A stretch of DNA of 63,859 nt, the filler included, from Octopus bimaculoides (Eukaryota): the NCBI RefSeq assembly GCF_001194135.2. It is 5 parts of 5 records of this genome, joined end to end, with 100 filler letters (N's around TTAATTAATTAA, not from the genome) between each part and the next. Parts side by side here need not be neighbours in the genome. Positions count along the whole stretch, not along the records: positions 33,588 to 47,064 come from NC_068989.1; positions 47,165 to 57,010 come from NC_068995.1; 3 more parts are not named here. One strand, written 5' to 3'. Numbering within the stretch: position 1 is the first letter of the stretch; every line of letters begins with the position of its first letter. A program made the translations under genes and the position numbers. This document shows, in pieces, positions 40,198-53,431 of this stretch. Below the pieces are notes generated by a model. The model saw only the letters and a list, made by a program, of their open reading frames with translations. It was not told where the DNA came from and ran no database searches.

Positions 40198-40958
40198 GGA
40201 TGGAGTACAAGGCTATTGGCTGAAAAACTTTACACAGATGAAAGGATCGCTGTGCAACTTGGTGACTGCTTGCAGGAAGGTCACGTCCCTGCCTGGATGA
40301 CAAGTGGACGAACGCTGCTATGCCCCCAGGATCCCTTGAAAGAGAACTTTGCATCAAGTTTTCGATCTATAACCTGTCTGCCACTAATGTAGAAGCTTAT
40401 GACCAGTGTCTTGGAGGAAAGGATACAGGAAACAAATTAGGGCAAGAAAAGATCACTTACTAGTTGATAAAATGATAATTAGAAATTGTAGACGCAGATT
40501 GACGGAAGTGAATGTAGCATGGCTAGATTACTAAAAAGCATATGACTTGGGACCACACAGTTGGATAAGTAAAACAATAAGCATGTTTGGAATAACAAAA
40601 AAACATGGGGAAAATGCTTAATGAAAGTACAAAACACTGGAATACTGAATTGATCGGAGGAAAACAAAAACGCGGAAAAGAGAACATGAGACGTGGAATA
40701 TTCGAAGGTGATAGTTTATGTCTATTACTATTCGTATTGGCCAAGACACTGCTCACTATGATACTACGAAGAGTTGAAGTTGCTTACTATTTGGGAAAAG
40801 GAAATGGTCTGATAAATCATCTCCTTTAAATGAATGATATAAAGGTTTATGCGAAAATTGAGAAACAGCTTGAAAATCTTATACATACTAACCGCATTTT
40901 CCTCAGATGACATAGGTGTGGAATTTGGGACAGAAAAGTGCGCTATATTGAATGACCA
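40198..40958 (+). mobile_element. R4/Dong-clade LINE reverse transcriptase core fragment (pseudogene)
   Basis: DGVQGYWLKNF; CLQEGHVPAWMTSGRTLL; FRSITCLPLM*KL; AWLDY*KAYDLGPHSWI; RRGIFEGDSLCLLLF; INHLL*MNDIKVYAK (decayed YMDD); DIGVEFGTEKCAIL. Confidence 0.9.
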
Positions 40959-40960
40959 AA

Positions 40961-41377
40961 TCCAAGTAACGATGAGATTTTGTTCCACCAGGGCCTGCAA
41001 GACGTTCTCGTCAAGTTCTGCAGATCTTCCAGGACAAGGCTCATCTTCTAGGCTGTAGTTTCCGGCACGGAATTTCTGGAACTACCGTTGACACTGGCTT
41101 ACGCTTATTGTCTGATCCCCATATACTGCATTAATATTCCTCGCAGCTTCCGTTGCGTTCTTGTCTTTACTGAATTTATGAAGTCACTTCCATTATAGCT
41201 TTGAAAAATTAGCTGTTAAAATCGAACTGCACTCTTCAAAACTTGCACTAAGAATAAATTCAAGGTAAAATTACTATCTGATTTATAGCAAGCTGATGCA
41301 GGTAGTTTATCCCATCCCCCTCCGATGTTTAGTTCATGCAATTAAAAAGACCGCATTATTTATGGGACGTTTCAGTA
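40961..41377 (-). mobile_element. Mariner left-end fragment, same family as 10616-11460
   Basis: The reverse complement starts TA...cccataaataatgcggtcttt and continues through gtagttt/ttttgaagagtgcagtt and the transposase N-terminus (YGDQTISVSQCQ). Confidence 0.9.
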
Positions 41378-41788
41378 TATATCTGTATGTATACATACAT
41401 ACATATACAGACACACACGCGCGCGTGTAAACACAAATACACACACATACAGAACGCATGTATGTATGTATGTATGTGTATGCATTTATGTATATGTGAA
41501 TTATATCTTAAATCCATAGTTTACAACGATAAATAAATCGAAGTTTTTTATGTTCTTTAAAAAGTCCCAAATTTTCTGTATCATTTTTATTCTCTTGTTT
41601 TTTTGTTTAAACCGTAATTAGCAAAATGGAAGGCAAGACATATTTTGCATAAAACTTTATCTACATGCTATTAATGGTAGAAGTTATATAAGTTGCCAGA
41701 AGCTATATTTTTGCTTACACACACAGACACACAGACACGCACACACACAGAGGTACACGCACGCCCGTATACCCGCATATACATATAT

Positions 41789-41830
<42 letters not shown>

Positions 41831-42544
41831 AATTTGCAAAAGAAAAGCATAAAAGTAAGGCTTAAAGAGGACAAACATTATTGAAGTCTACTAATTATTA
41901 AATATTAAAAGACAAAAGAACAACCCCCAGTTAGATATATAATCTATCTAAATTTATCAATGAAAGTGATCTAAGATTGCTAAAGAGACAAGGAAAAACT
42001 GATAATTACGACTAATGTTTTCTTATAGCTATCGAAAAAAGCAATTTACTAATGAGACTGGTGAATGTTGTGTAAAACAATAAAAGATTTGCAGATATGT
42101 AATGCGCATGCGCGCTATTATATATAACATTGATTGTCTGTGTGATGTATCAGAAAAATTTCCTCAGGGTATATTTTATAAGAACGTTCTATTGGTATGT
42201 CAACTAAAGCATGTGGCTAAGAAACCAAGAGAAAAAATAAAAAAACAACGCATAGAAGAAGTAATGAAGTTCTGATGCCAAAACTACAAGATTAAAGAAT
42301 GGAAATCACTTAATGTGTACATCAATATAACTTAAGCGTTTGTGTAGAATGTGTGTCGATATAATTATGCACGCATATATACATGCGCGTACACACACGC
42401 ACATAAACACGCATACCCAAATGCACACGTAAACACATTCATATCTGTACACACACACGAACACACAGACACACGCACACACAAACACACAGACACCCTC
42501 ACTCACGCACATACACACACACCCTCACACACTTGAACACTCAG

Positions 42545-42722
42545 TGAAAGTGTGCGACTTAGTGGTTTGAATATTGAGCTCACGATTATGAGTTCCATTG
42601 CCGGCGGCTCGTTGTGTCCTTGAACAGAAGACTTTAATTCATGTTGCTCCAGTCCACTTAGCTGGCAGAAATGAGTTGTACCTGCAATTCAAAGGGCCAT
42701 CCTTGCCACATCTTGTGTCACG
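42545..42722 (+). mobile_element. SINE family C-like copy
   Basis: A-box-like gacttagtggtt, B-box-like gagttccatt, CORE-like tgtgtccttgaac, then a module shared with family D. Confidence 0.75.
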
Positions 42723-42789
42723 ATGAGTCTCTTGGAACAAATAGAGAGAATCCTTCTGTTATTGAATTCTTACTGAAACAACAACACAA

Positions 42790-43155
42790 AGAATACTTCA
42801 AATAACTGCCAAGTCTAAACATAATTAGTCGGATATTGTTTGAGACAGACAAGAAACAGTATGTGCCGTCAGAGAGGTCAACTCTCCTGCGGATATGAAT
42901 ATCTCTTTGAAAAAAAATCAGACAGAAAGAGGAAAAATATGGACAACCGCTGCGAAACATTCATCTAAATGCAGATTATGAAATCACATTTATAGCAATA
43001 ATAACTCGATCACTCGATTTTGTAAGAGAATATCTGAGTGACAATCAAAGCCAAGCTAGGATTTTCAGAGAAAGAAATCAACAAACTAACTCGCATATTA
43101 CAAACACAATGTGTAAGCGGAACAGTAAATATATGCAAGACTTTTCTCTAGGTTA
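42790..43155 (+). mobile_element. RLE LINE (R4/Dong-like family 2) endonuclease and C-terminus remnant
   Basis: KHN*SDIV...EVNSPADMNI...QKEEKY (PD..E..P.D...K RLE), then KLGFSEKEINKLTRILQTQCVSGTVNICKTF, homologous to 61584-61774. Confidence 0.8.
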
Positions 43156-43523
43156 AATAGTGAGATTGTTTATGTTATCTACATTCCAGTGATAGAGCAT
43201 ATAACTTCGTTAGAAACCATGTTCTGTAACCGGCAAAATTCACTGCAGAGAATTATTTTCTGCAGGATTATTTCCGGTATTTTGGCGCGCCAAAACGAAA
43301 ACTTTTGAAATATGACCCCAAATGTAATTGGTAGAATTATATGTATGCTCAATCGAATGCGGATGTCTCGTGTATAGTTCTGCAAATTATATATTGCTAT
43401 GACGATCAAACTGATGAATTGCAGGAATTTACGTGAGTATTACGTAAGTGGTAACAATGAAACAGGGTTTGTGATTAATTTTTATATCTGTGATATTATG
43501 ATTAATCTTTGCATCTTTTCATT

Positions 43524-43644
43524 TGTCTTGCTCGCTTACGTTCTGGCGTTTGCTGAATTTTCTTGAGAACAATTTTTTCTTAGTGGTCAGACCATATGGG
43601 GTCTACATCTAGCATAACGGATGTCCACTTAGTGGTCATCCCTT

Positions 43645-43650
<6 letters not shown>
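43524..43650 (+). mobile_element. Diverged partial copy of the 11572-11879 element (spacer end plus right arm)
   Basis: tgtcttgctcgcttacg, ttgagaacaattt, tctagca and atgtccacttagtggtca match 11746-11865 in order. Confidence 0.65.
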
Positions 43651-43682
<32 letters not shown>

Positions 43683-43684
43683 TC

Positions 43685-43772
43685 TATCTTTTCTTTCAGT
43701 TTTTGTCTAGCAAATATAACAATGCTTTGTTCGGTGCGACGCTACAGTAGAAGACGCTCACCTTAGAAGCCA
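43685..43772 (-). mobile_element. SINE family A fragment
   Basis: ttctttcagtttt...gctttgttcgg...ctacagtagaagac. Confidence 0.7.
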
Positions 43773-43782
43773 TATATGTATG

Positions 43783-43816
<34 letters not shown>

Positions 43817-44458
43817 TGTATGTATGTATGTATGTATGCATGTATGTATATATGTATGTATGTATGTATAGATGTATGTATGTATGTATGTATATATATA
43901 TATGTATGTATGTATCTATGTGTGTGTGGGGAGTATATATATATATATATAACTATATATATTCTTGCTGATATATTTATGTCATTATGTACATGTGTGT
44001 GTGTGTGTGTGTGTAGATTTATTTATATATATCTTATATGTACAGCAAAAAATTAGATTCCGATGAATTAGGTACTTAAGTTGAGTCACCAGAATTTAGT
44101 GCGGTATTATCCATACAGTTTCAAAATAAGGTGATTAAAATCAAAATAAGCAACAGGTTATCCAATGGTAATGCAGTACGGTCGTTTCAAGCGAGTCCAT
44201 TTAATTGAACAATGCAACCATTACATCAATTTAAATGCAGAGCTCTTCTCAGCTGCATAAATAGTTAAATTAAATTAAAACAGATGAACACATTTGTATA
44301 ATTTTACCTAAAACCTCCTAAAAGGTAAAGAGTTAGACAAAGAACATGCTGTCTTCACTTCAGCTTAGAAGCTACTAAGGTTTCAGGAATATATATATAT
44401 ATATATATATAAAGATATAGATATATACATATATATATGTATATGACTATGTATGTGC

Positions 44459-44498
<40 letters not shown>

Positions 44499-45584
44499 TC
44501 ATACATATGTACATGCATACATACGTTCATACATACATACATACATACATACACACTCAGGCACGCATATGTTCTGATATACTGGAAGGAATATACCATT
44601 ACACTCTAGGTACGATACACAAACCAACGATTGTCGTTTCGATTTTACTTGTATTTTTTTCCCCGGAAAGATTTCGTCTCACTATTCCTTTCAATGGGTT
44701 TTGATTTTCAAAGGATTTTCTTTTCTCGACCTTTTACCATTTTCATGTGTGTTATTGTATTGTATTGCCTCTCTAAAGCATGCATGTGATAGATGATGTC
44801 GTATAATTTTAGTCGTTATTTATTTATTGAAGTTAAGGCTTCTCACATTTATTCCTATGTATTAGTTGTGTGCACGAATATAGCAAGCTGATACTGCTTC
44901 CTGATTGTGTATAGCCTCTTCAGTCTATCGTAATGTGGGGGTCTTTTGGATCTGTAGAAATGATCGATATTAAAGAAAAATAGTAATATAAATTGCTGTA
45001 CAAACAAAACACAACCTATCCCTGCTTTATATAAGAATAAGGATGCCATAAGACCACCTCGAACATACACTCATGCACGCACGCGACGTTGACAATAGCT
45101 AAAGAATGCAACATAAAAAATATATATATGATATCACAACACAGAGGTGCAAAAATGAGAAAACGAATGTATCGTTTTGATAGTTAAAATCCATTCAAGA
45201 GGTCACAAGAAAAGCATGGATGAAAAAAAAACAAAAAAAAATGAAACGGCGAGTGACGAGTATGTTTGTAGATTTTAATAATGGAATTATTTCGAAGTAT
45301 AACAATACTGCTTTTATTTGTTGCTAAGCAAACAATACAAAATTTACATTCATACATACAAATATATATATATATACAAACATAAATATATACATACGCA
45401 TATATATAAATGCATACATACATACATACATACATACATATAATATCTGTCTATCTATACACATACATTTATATACATTTATATATATGCATATATATCT
45501 TATTTATTTATTTATTTATTTATGTGTTTCAGCCAAGTGGGTGCGGTCATGCTGGTGCACCACCGTAATTTTCACGTTCCTCGC

Positions 45585-45616
<32 letters not shown>

Positions 45617-46199
45617 NNNNNNNNNNNNNNNNNNNNNNNNNNNNNNNNNNNNNNNNNNNNNNNNNNNNNNNNNNNNNNNNNNNNNNNNNNNNNNNNNNNN
45701 NNNNNNNNNNNNNNNNNNNNNNNNNNNNNNNNNNNNNNNNNNNNNNNNNNNNNNNNNNNNNNNNNNNNNNNNNNNNNNNNNNNNNNNNNNNNNNNNNNNN
45801 NNNNNNNNNNNNNNNNNNNNNNNNNNNNNNNNNNNNNNNNNNNNNNNNNNNNNNNNNNNNNNNNNNNNNNNNNNNNNNNNNNNNNNNNNNNNNNNNNNNN
45901 NNNNNNNNNNNNNNNNNNNNNNNNNNNNNNNNNNNNNNNNNNNNNNNNNNNNNNNNNNNNNNNNNNNNNNNNNNNNNNNNNNNNNNNNNNNNNNNNNNNN
46001 NNNNNNNNNNNNNNNNNNNNNNNNNNNNNNNNNNNNNNNNNNNNNNNNNNNNNNNNNNNNNNNNNNNNNNNNNNNNNNNNNNNNNNNNNNNNNNNNNNNN
46101 NNNNNNNNNNNNNNNNNNNNNNNNNNNNNNNNNNNNNNNNNNNNNNNNNNNNNNNNNNNNNNNNNNGTGTGTGTGTGTGTGTGTGTGTGCGTATGTGTG

Positions 46200-46422
46200 T
46201 ATCCGAGAAAGAGCTGAAAAGTTCCTGGCTCTGGATAAAAGAAAATACAGTAGTATCAGATAATTATGATTTTATTCAACATATTCTCCTCACAAATTCA
46301 CACACTTATTGTAGTAGTTTTTCAGTTTTTCTAAGCCCAATAAAAGAACTCGTAAGGTTGGGCGTCCAGCCAGGCCATTCGCAATACCCTTAAATCCAAC
46401 AACCTTTCACCACTCCCTCGTA
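46200..46422. mobile_element. Mariner-derived MITE (~220 bp)
   Basis: Left end ta..cgag...gctgaaaagtt and right end aacctttcaccactccctcgta (reverse complement tacgagggagtggtgaaaggtt) form imperfect TACGAGG-type mariner TIRs with TA ends. Confidence 0.65.
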
Positions 46423-47009
46423 CATACACATACAAATATGTGTGTGTGTGAGAACATACATATTTATACACGTATCATTATATGTGTGTATTTATGTATA
46501 TGTAAAAGAATATTGTGGCATGTTTTAAGTTTCTCGCCCATCATTCATCCAAGCCTTGTTTACCTAAATATTATTGTAGTTTTTTTTATTCATTTACTAG
46601 TTTCGCACATTGGGCTGTGGCTACGCTGGAACACGTTCTGGGTGGTTTTAGTTAATCAAATCAACCCGAGCTGGTCTTACTGACGCTGGCTACGGAAATA
46701 GTCGAGACTGATCGGTGAGTCTATAGAATTCTCGGCTTGGTGTTCAGGGCGGTTGCAGCCCCTATTAGAATAAATGTTATGTACTTTATAACAACATTAC
46801 CTCATTTTAGCTCTTATTTCTAGCAATGTAAGTGACTTGACACCATTAGTCATGCTTAGTTGATAAATCGCATATATGTGCGTGTATGTGTTTGCGTATG
46901 TATTTATGTATATGTATATGTGTATATACACAAACTCACACACACACACACTCACATACATATACATACACTCACATACGCACACACACATACACAGATA
47001 TATATGTAT

Positions 47010-47064
<55 letters not shown>

Positions 47065-47164
47065 NNNNNNNNNNNNNNNNNNNNNNNNNNNNNNNNNNNN
47101 NNNNNNNNTTAATTAATTAANNNNNNNNNNNNNNNNNNNNNNNNNNNNNNNNNNNNNNNNNNNN
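47065..47164. other. Artificial scaffold spacer N44-TTAATTAATTAA-N44
   Basis: Direct count. Confidence 0.9.
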
Positions 47165-47188
47165 GACACTGAATTACATATAAGGGAG

Positions 47189-47190
<2 letters not shown>

Positions 47191-47255
<65 letters not shown>

Positions 47256-47400
47256 TCTACTGTAGGCACAAGGCCTGAAATTTGGTGAGTGGGGACTAGT
47301 TGATACAACTGGTACTTAATTTTTCTGTCCTGGAAGGATGAAAGGTAAAGTCGACCTCGGCGGAATTTGAACTCGGAATACCGATCCCGAAAGGATTAAA
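47191..47400 (-). mobile_element. SINE family B 3' portion with (ATT)n tail
   Basis: (AAT)n at 47191-47250, then ctttctactgtaggcacaaggcc...gtcgacctcggcggaatttgaact. Confidence 0.85.
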
Positions 47401-48379
47401 AGTAAGATGAAATTTAGTTATATTTTTATAGTAATAGAAACGTGATGTCGGGTGTGATGATGACGATGATGATGATGATGATGATTAGTATTACTTAGTG
47501 AAGAGTAGGAGGAGGAGGAGGATATAGGTTTAAAACTACGTTGCTATATATCCCTTAATGATTTCTCGTTTAAACTAGTTATCTTGAGACCAAAGAACAG
47601 GTCAATGAAAGCGCACAGTGAAATAGAGAGAGAGGTGGAGTTTCCCCCGATATCTGAAGATACAACTTTACAGTTAAAAACACGTCATTGCATAAATCAA
47701 ACAGCGAACTAATTAATTAATTAACAAATCCCAAATATCAACATTTTGATTTTTTTCTCTTTCAATTTTGTTTTTCGTTTATTATATAATCATGGCTTGT
47801 TTATTCAATCCTAATATTGGCCAAACTTGAGTTTCTCTGTATTTAGCAAAGTTTCAGGAGGTGATTTCTTTACCGTCACTTTCTTAAACTTATAATTAAT
47901 ATCACTTATCGTGAACGAAAATTAACCACGGATGGCAAATTAGAAACCGAGTTGTGAAACTAATCTAAGGACATGAGTTATTAACTAATCGAATCTTAAT
48001 TTGTTGAATTTAACTTGGGTGTGAGTTCAACAAAATGTTTTATCTAGAAACAGGTCCGCTTTAATTTGTCATCCCCAAAACAGAATCATTTGTAATCTGA
48101 GATTTTATAGACTCTGCAAAATTATTGAAGCAAAAACAATCAAGGGGCTATCCGACAAAATATATATTTGAGTATTTCGTTGCACCCTTCCACCCCGTTT
48201 GCGTTCTGAGTTCAAATTTCACAAGTAATCACCCGTGGCCTTTCATGCCCAAAAAGTCGATAAAGTAAGCAGGCTCAACTCCAGTATTGAAAGAGAAAAT
48301 CGTTTAAATGTCTACTAGACAGGCCACTGGCTCGGGAACGAAATTTGTATGTATGCGTATGTGTGTCCTTGTGCCTGCG

Positions 48380-48606
48380 TTTACCACCCCATCCATTGCT
48401 AGACAACTGGGATTAATTTGCTTACGCCCATGTAACTTAGCGGTTCGGTAAAACAGCCCGACAGAATAAGTACCACACTTACAAAAATCAACAAAATAGA
48501 GAGGGTACAAGGGGCGATCTTTTCGACTAAAAGAAGAAAAAGGAAACCCTTCTAAGCTCTCCAGTATGGCCCGCACTCCAAAGACTGAAACAAAAACAAG
48601 AATAAA
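48380..48606 (+). mobile_element. SINE family A 3' module
   Basis: gtaacttagcggttcgg...cagaataagtac...tcgactaaa...ccagtatggcc...gactgaaac. Confidence 0.75.
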
Positions 48607-49039
48607 AAAAAAATAAAGACATCCTGATAATAAAAATTACGCATTTCGCCATATCGATTACATACCCCGATACATCGACAACACAAACGTAGCTAATTAA
48701 GACTAACACATGTTGCATCGACTATACACGTAATTAAATTGATTACATTCATTTACAACTCCACATTTTGGTGTACAGTGATACCACGCAGTATAGTATA
48801 AGTTTAATTCACTTTATGACCAACTTCCTCTTGTGATTTGCTCGTTATTCAAATCGATTCTCGCCATTGAAATTCATTAAAATATAATTAATCCGTTCCA
48901 GCCCTACAAAAACCACTCAAGAATAATTTTTTTATGGGTTTTAAAACAGAGATGTAGTTACAAGTAAAAATGACAATTTTAAACAAGAGAATGCAAAAGA
49001 AATATGTAAACTGGTCTTATTAACTGAGTTACCTTAAAG

Positions 49040-49167
49040 ATGGGACGATTCGTGTGCTTGTACTGCGGATTTCCGCTCGTACTTCAAGACAAGAATTCGC
49101 ACGAGTTTCGACTTGTAGAGCAAATTACTCGTACAATGGGACACTCGTACTGCGAGGTTCTACTGTA
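49040..49167 (-). mobile_element. Tigger/pogo-like DNA transposon terminus
   Basis: The reverse complement begins TA-CAGTAGAACCTCGCAGTACGAG, a CAG...CCTCG TIR of the Tigger/pogo type, with repeated subterminal gtacga motifs. Only one end is visible. Confidence 0.55.
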
Positions 49168-49249
49168 TTGGATTATGATAAGGCCAACACGGACCAACAA
49201 AGCGCACACTAAGCTAGGGCACAGGTGTGGTAACAAGATTGTGGTAACT

Positions 49250-49305
49250 AAAGATTCTTCAGGGCGGTACCCCAGCATGGCCATAGTCCATGACTGAACC
49301 AAGTA
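49250..49305 (+). mobile_element. SINE family A 3' tail
   Basis: ggcggtaccccagcatggccatagtcc-atgactgaacc. Confidence 0.7.
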
Positions 49306-50453
49306 TACATATATACATACATATGTATGTATATATATATATATATATATATNNNNNNNNNNNNNNNNNNNNNNNNNNNNNNNNNNNNNNNNNNNNNNNN
49401 NNNNNNNNNNNNNNNNNNNNNNNNNNNNNNNNNNNNNNNNNNNNNNNNNNNNNNNNNNNNNNNNNNNNNNNNNNNNNNNNNNNNNNNNNNNNNNNNNNNN
49501 NNNNNNNNNNNNNNNNNNNNNNNNNNNNNNNNNNNNNNNNNNNNNNNNNNNNNNNNNNNNNNNNNNNNNNNNNNNNNNNNNNNNNNNNNNNNNNNNNNNN
49601 NNNNNNNNNNNNNNNNNNNNNNNNNNNNNNNNNNNNNNNNNNNNNNNNNNNNNNNNNNNNNNNNNNNNNNNNNNNNNNNNNNNNNNNNNNNNNNNNNNNN
49701 NNNNNNNNNNNNNNNNNNNNNNNNNNNNNNNNNNNNNNNNNNNNNNNNNNNNNNNNNNNNNNNNNNNNNNNNNNNNNNNNNNNNNNNNNNNNNNNNNNNN
49801 NNNNNNNNNNNNNNNNNNNNNNNNNNNNNNNNNNNNNNNNNNNNNNNNNNNNNNNNNNNNNNNNNCACACACACACACACACATATATATATATACATAC
49901 ACACATACACACACACATATATATATATATACATACACACACACATATATATATATATATATTATATATAGGGAGGATTCACAAAAAAAAAAAGACGAAG
50001 ACAGGTGGTGTAGAAAACAAACAGATGTATTAGTATAACGCTTGGGAAACACATATACATACATATATACACATATACATATATATATACATACACACAC
50101 ACGTATACATATATATATATATATACATACACACTCTCTCTCTCTCTCCCTCTCTCTCTACGCAAGGCGATAAATCGAACCTCACACAAGGTTTTATATT
50201 CGACTGCGTTCCATCGTATACCGGAATACCTAAGTGAATCGACTGCACACCTAGCTATATTATATACACGGCATCGAGAAGGTCCTAAACCATTCTCTCT
50301 TTCTCTCTCTCTCTCTCTTACTATGTAAGAACCCATCATTTTACGAAAAGCGGTATTTAGGTCAGTAACATATCACAGTTACCTCTCTCTACCGTGGCAG
50401 ACACCAACAGAGTAGCTAGGAGAGAGAGAGAGAGAGGGTTGGTGGGGGATGAA

Positions 50454-50501
<48 letters not shown>

Positions 50502-50955
50502 AATAGCATCAAATATATATATATACAAGTTCACAACGCTCCTGACACACACAATCCTTGCCACACAGCTATTTATGTATTGTCTATTCTTAATCACCCA
50601 CCTATCTCTTTACGCTCGTTTAATTAAATTTTCTTTCTCATCTCATACTTAAATTCTCTCTCCCCTTTCTCCAACTTACTATACACACACACAAAAAAAT
50701 ATATATATATATATACGCACACACATATATGCATGTGTGTATATACATACATACACACACACATATATACACATATATATATATACACACATACATATAC
50801 ACACACATACAGACGTATATACATACATACATACACACATGACATTTTTCGACGTTTGACATAGAGCAAAGCAACAACTACTACACACTGGGCCTGCTAA
50901 AAATAGCAGCCAAATCTTCTTCATATCACACGTTACTGTCTTACATATACAAGGA

Positions 50956-50996
<41 letters not shown>

Positions 50997-51403
50997 ATTA
51001 TTGCTATTGCTATTAAATATTACATGGATTTGGAAAAGTATTTCTTGCAAAAGCGAAACGAGATTTATACAAATATAGAACACAAAAATCCTGATAAAAA
51101 AAGATAACACGAAAACACAGTCGTTTTTCCTAATGGAACATATATGTGTACATACTCAAATCACGCACGTATATATACATACATATATACACACACAGAT
51201 ATACACACAAGTGCTGGAGCACGCTGCATATGTATATATTATGTGGTTCCTCAGTATGGCTGCAGTCCAATGACTTACTAAAAAGTGTCACTATATATAT
51301 ATATATAAATACTATTATGATAAGACCGAAGAAGAGATATATTGGGATGTAGAAAAGGAGAAAGGTGGATGATATAAGATTAAACAGAGTGTGAGCATGA
51401 ATG

Positions 51404-51454
<51 letters not shown>

Positions 51455-51510
51455 GCAAGCTGTATTATTTGCTTGGTTAAACAACGCTCCACCACCACCG
51501 CCCAGCCCGT

Positions 51511-51520
51511 GTCACGTGAC
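51511..51520. promoter_or_regulatory. Palindromic extended E-box GTCACGTGAC (USF/MiT-TFE consensus) in a locally GC-richer patch
   Basis: Exact 10-bp palindrome; function untested. Confidence 0.25.
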
Positions 51521-51978
51521 TTGAGACGGCTCGAGAAACAGACACCAGTAAACGCGTATAGCAAGCATGTCACTTCAGTATTTGTGTGATAATAACTGCC
51601 ACCTCACACTTCTACTCATGATCTCATTTACCCTTGGCAATAACCCCACACTATTCACACAAATCTATTTTCTATATAATATATGTGTGTATATATATAT
51701 GCACATACACGCACGCACGTGTACATGCATATACATACACATATCATACAAATACATATACATATACGTATATATACACATGGTCATGTGCGTATATATG
51801 CATACACATATCTTACATGTATACAATAATATACACATACACACATATCCAAACACAAACTCACACAGTCTTTCTCCCCCCATTTCTCTCTCTCTCTCGC
51901 TCTCTCTCACACACACACACGAAAGCATATATATACTTATGTATATATGTTAACATATACACAAGTCAATGTGAGCAG

Positions 51979-52010
<32 letters not shown>

Positions 52011-52061
52011 CCTTTAAGTCTATTTCTTGTCATTCGTTTCTTAATTCTTGCGAAGATTATA

Positions 52062-52094
<33 letters not shown>

Positions 52095-53383
52095 TTGGAG
52101 GAGGAGGAGGGGGTGGTCAAGGAAAAGGCAGAAATAATGATGGTGGGAGTTAAAGTTCAATCTTAACCCCTTTTATTCATTCGTCTTGTAAGAAAGTCAC
52201 AACATACTTCTACAGTCACATTGCACGTCTTTTTGCTTTTTTTTTTAGTTCTTTTTCTCTCATTTTTTTTTAATTCGCAAATAAAACCTTATAAAGGAAG
52301 AAGAAGAAGAAGTGCAATGTCTCGCGTAATGTCGTGTAGTTTTCAGTCTCTGTGTGCGCAACTATATGTGTGTTTGTGTGTTACAACACGCACACACAGT
52401 TCTTCTACATCAGGTAACAGTAACCACCATCATCACCATCGTCATCATCATCATCACCATCATCAAAACAGTGGTAGAGTCGGTAGAGTGTTTGTTGGTA
52501 GAAAAAAGAAGAAAAGTAACGAAAAGAAAACGGGACATGGTATTCTTAAACTTAGCACAGGCTCAGGTCGAATGAAAAACGGTGTCTTTGTCATCAAATG
52601 CAAGGTTAATTTGGCACAATCAGACATCAACGAGTAATCCATCGAGTTTAATTAATTTTAATAGATATAGTCTAGTAATAATGACGATGATGATGACGAT
52701 GATGATGATTGTGGTGGTCGTAGTTTCTAACGTTGACACAGGGTCAGTAAAATTTGGGGAACGGGACGAGTTTGAGATTACATTTTGACTCTTTGTAAAG
52801 TTAAGCAATCCGTACTTACTTTATCGACCCAAAAATGAAAAAAAAAGGAAAAAAAAACAAATAATTGTTATCATTATCGTAATCTTTATTATTATAATTA
52901 TTATTTATTCATTACTAAATGAAATACAAGCACTATTAACGATCATTTCCGCACCTCTCTCACTCACTCCCTCCCTCCCTTCCTCTCTTTATAAACACAC
53001 ACACACACACACACACTTCTACATACAAATTATCTTGCTATATAACTACCTACATATATATGTCTGTATACAAGGAATGTATATATATATNNNNNNNNNN
53101 NNNNNNNNNNNNNNNNNNNNNNNNNNNNNNNNNNNNNNNNNNNNNNNNNNNNNNNNNNNNNNNNNNNNNNNNNNNNNNNNNNNNNNNNNNNNNNNNNNNN
53201 NNNNNNNNNNNNNNNNNNNNNNNNNNNNNNNNNNNNNNNNNNNNNNNNNNNNNNNNNNNNNNNNNNNNNNNNNNNNNNNNNNNNNNNNNNNNNNNNNNNN
53301 NNNNNNNNNNNNNNNNNNNNNNNNNNNNNNNNNNNNNNNNNNNNATATAATATATACATATATATAATATATACATATATATA

Positions 53384-53431
<48 letters not shown>

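Noticed and set aside
47845-47858. AGCAAAGTTTCAGG resembling miR-87
   Set aside because: It lacks the GTG 5' end of the mature sequence as I recall it, so the seed is incomplete, and there is no proper star arm.
52581-52628. Hairpin with a miR-96-like TTTGGCAC
   Set aside because: The stem is short and bulged, the motif is on the wrong arm, and the match does not extend beyond the seed.
52221-52637. 138-aa ORF with His-run and basic stretch
   Set aside because: No recognisable domain; its openness is explained by low-complexity repeats and it uses a non-ATG start. A real exon cannot be excluded without RNA-seq.
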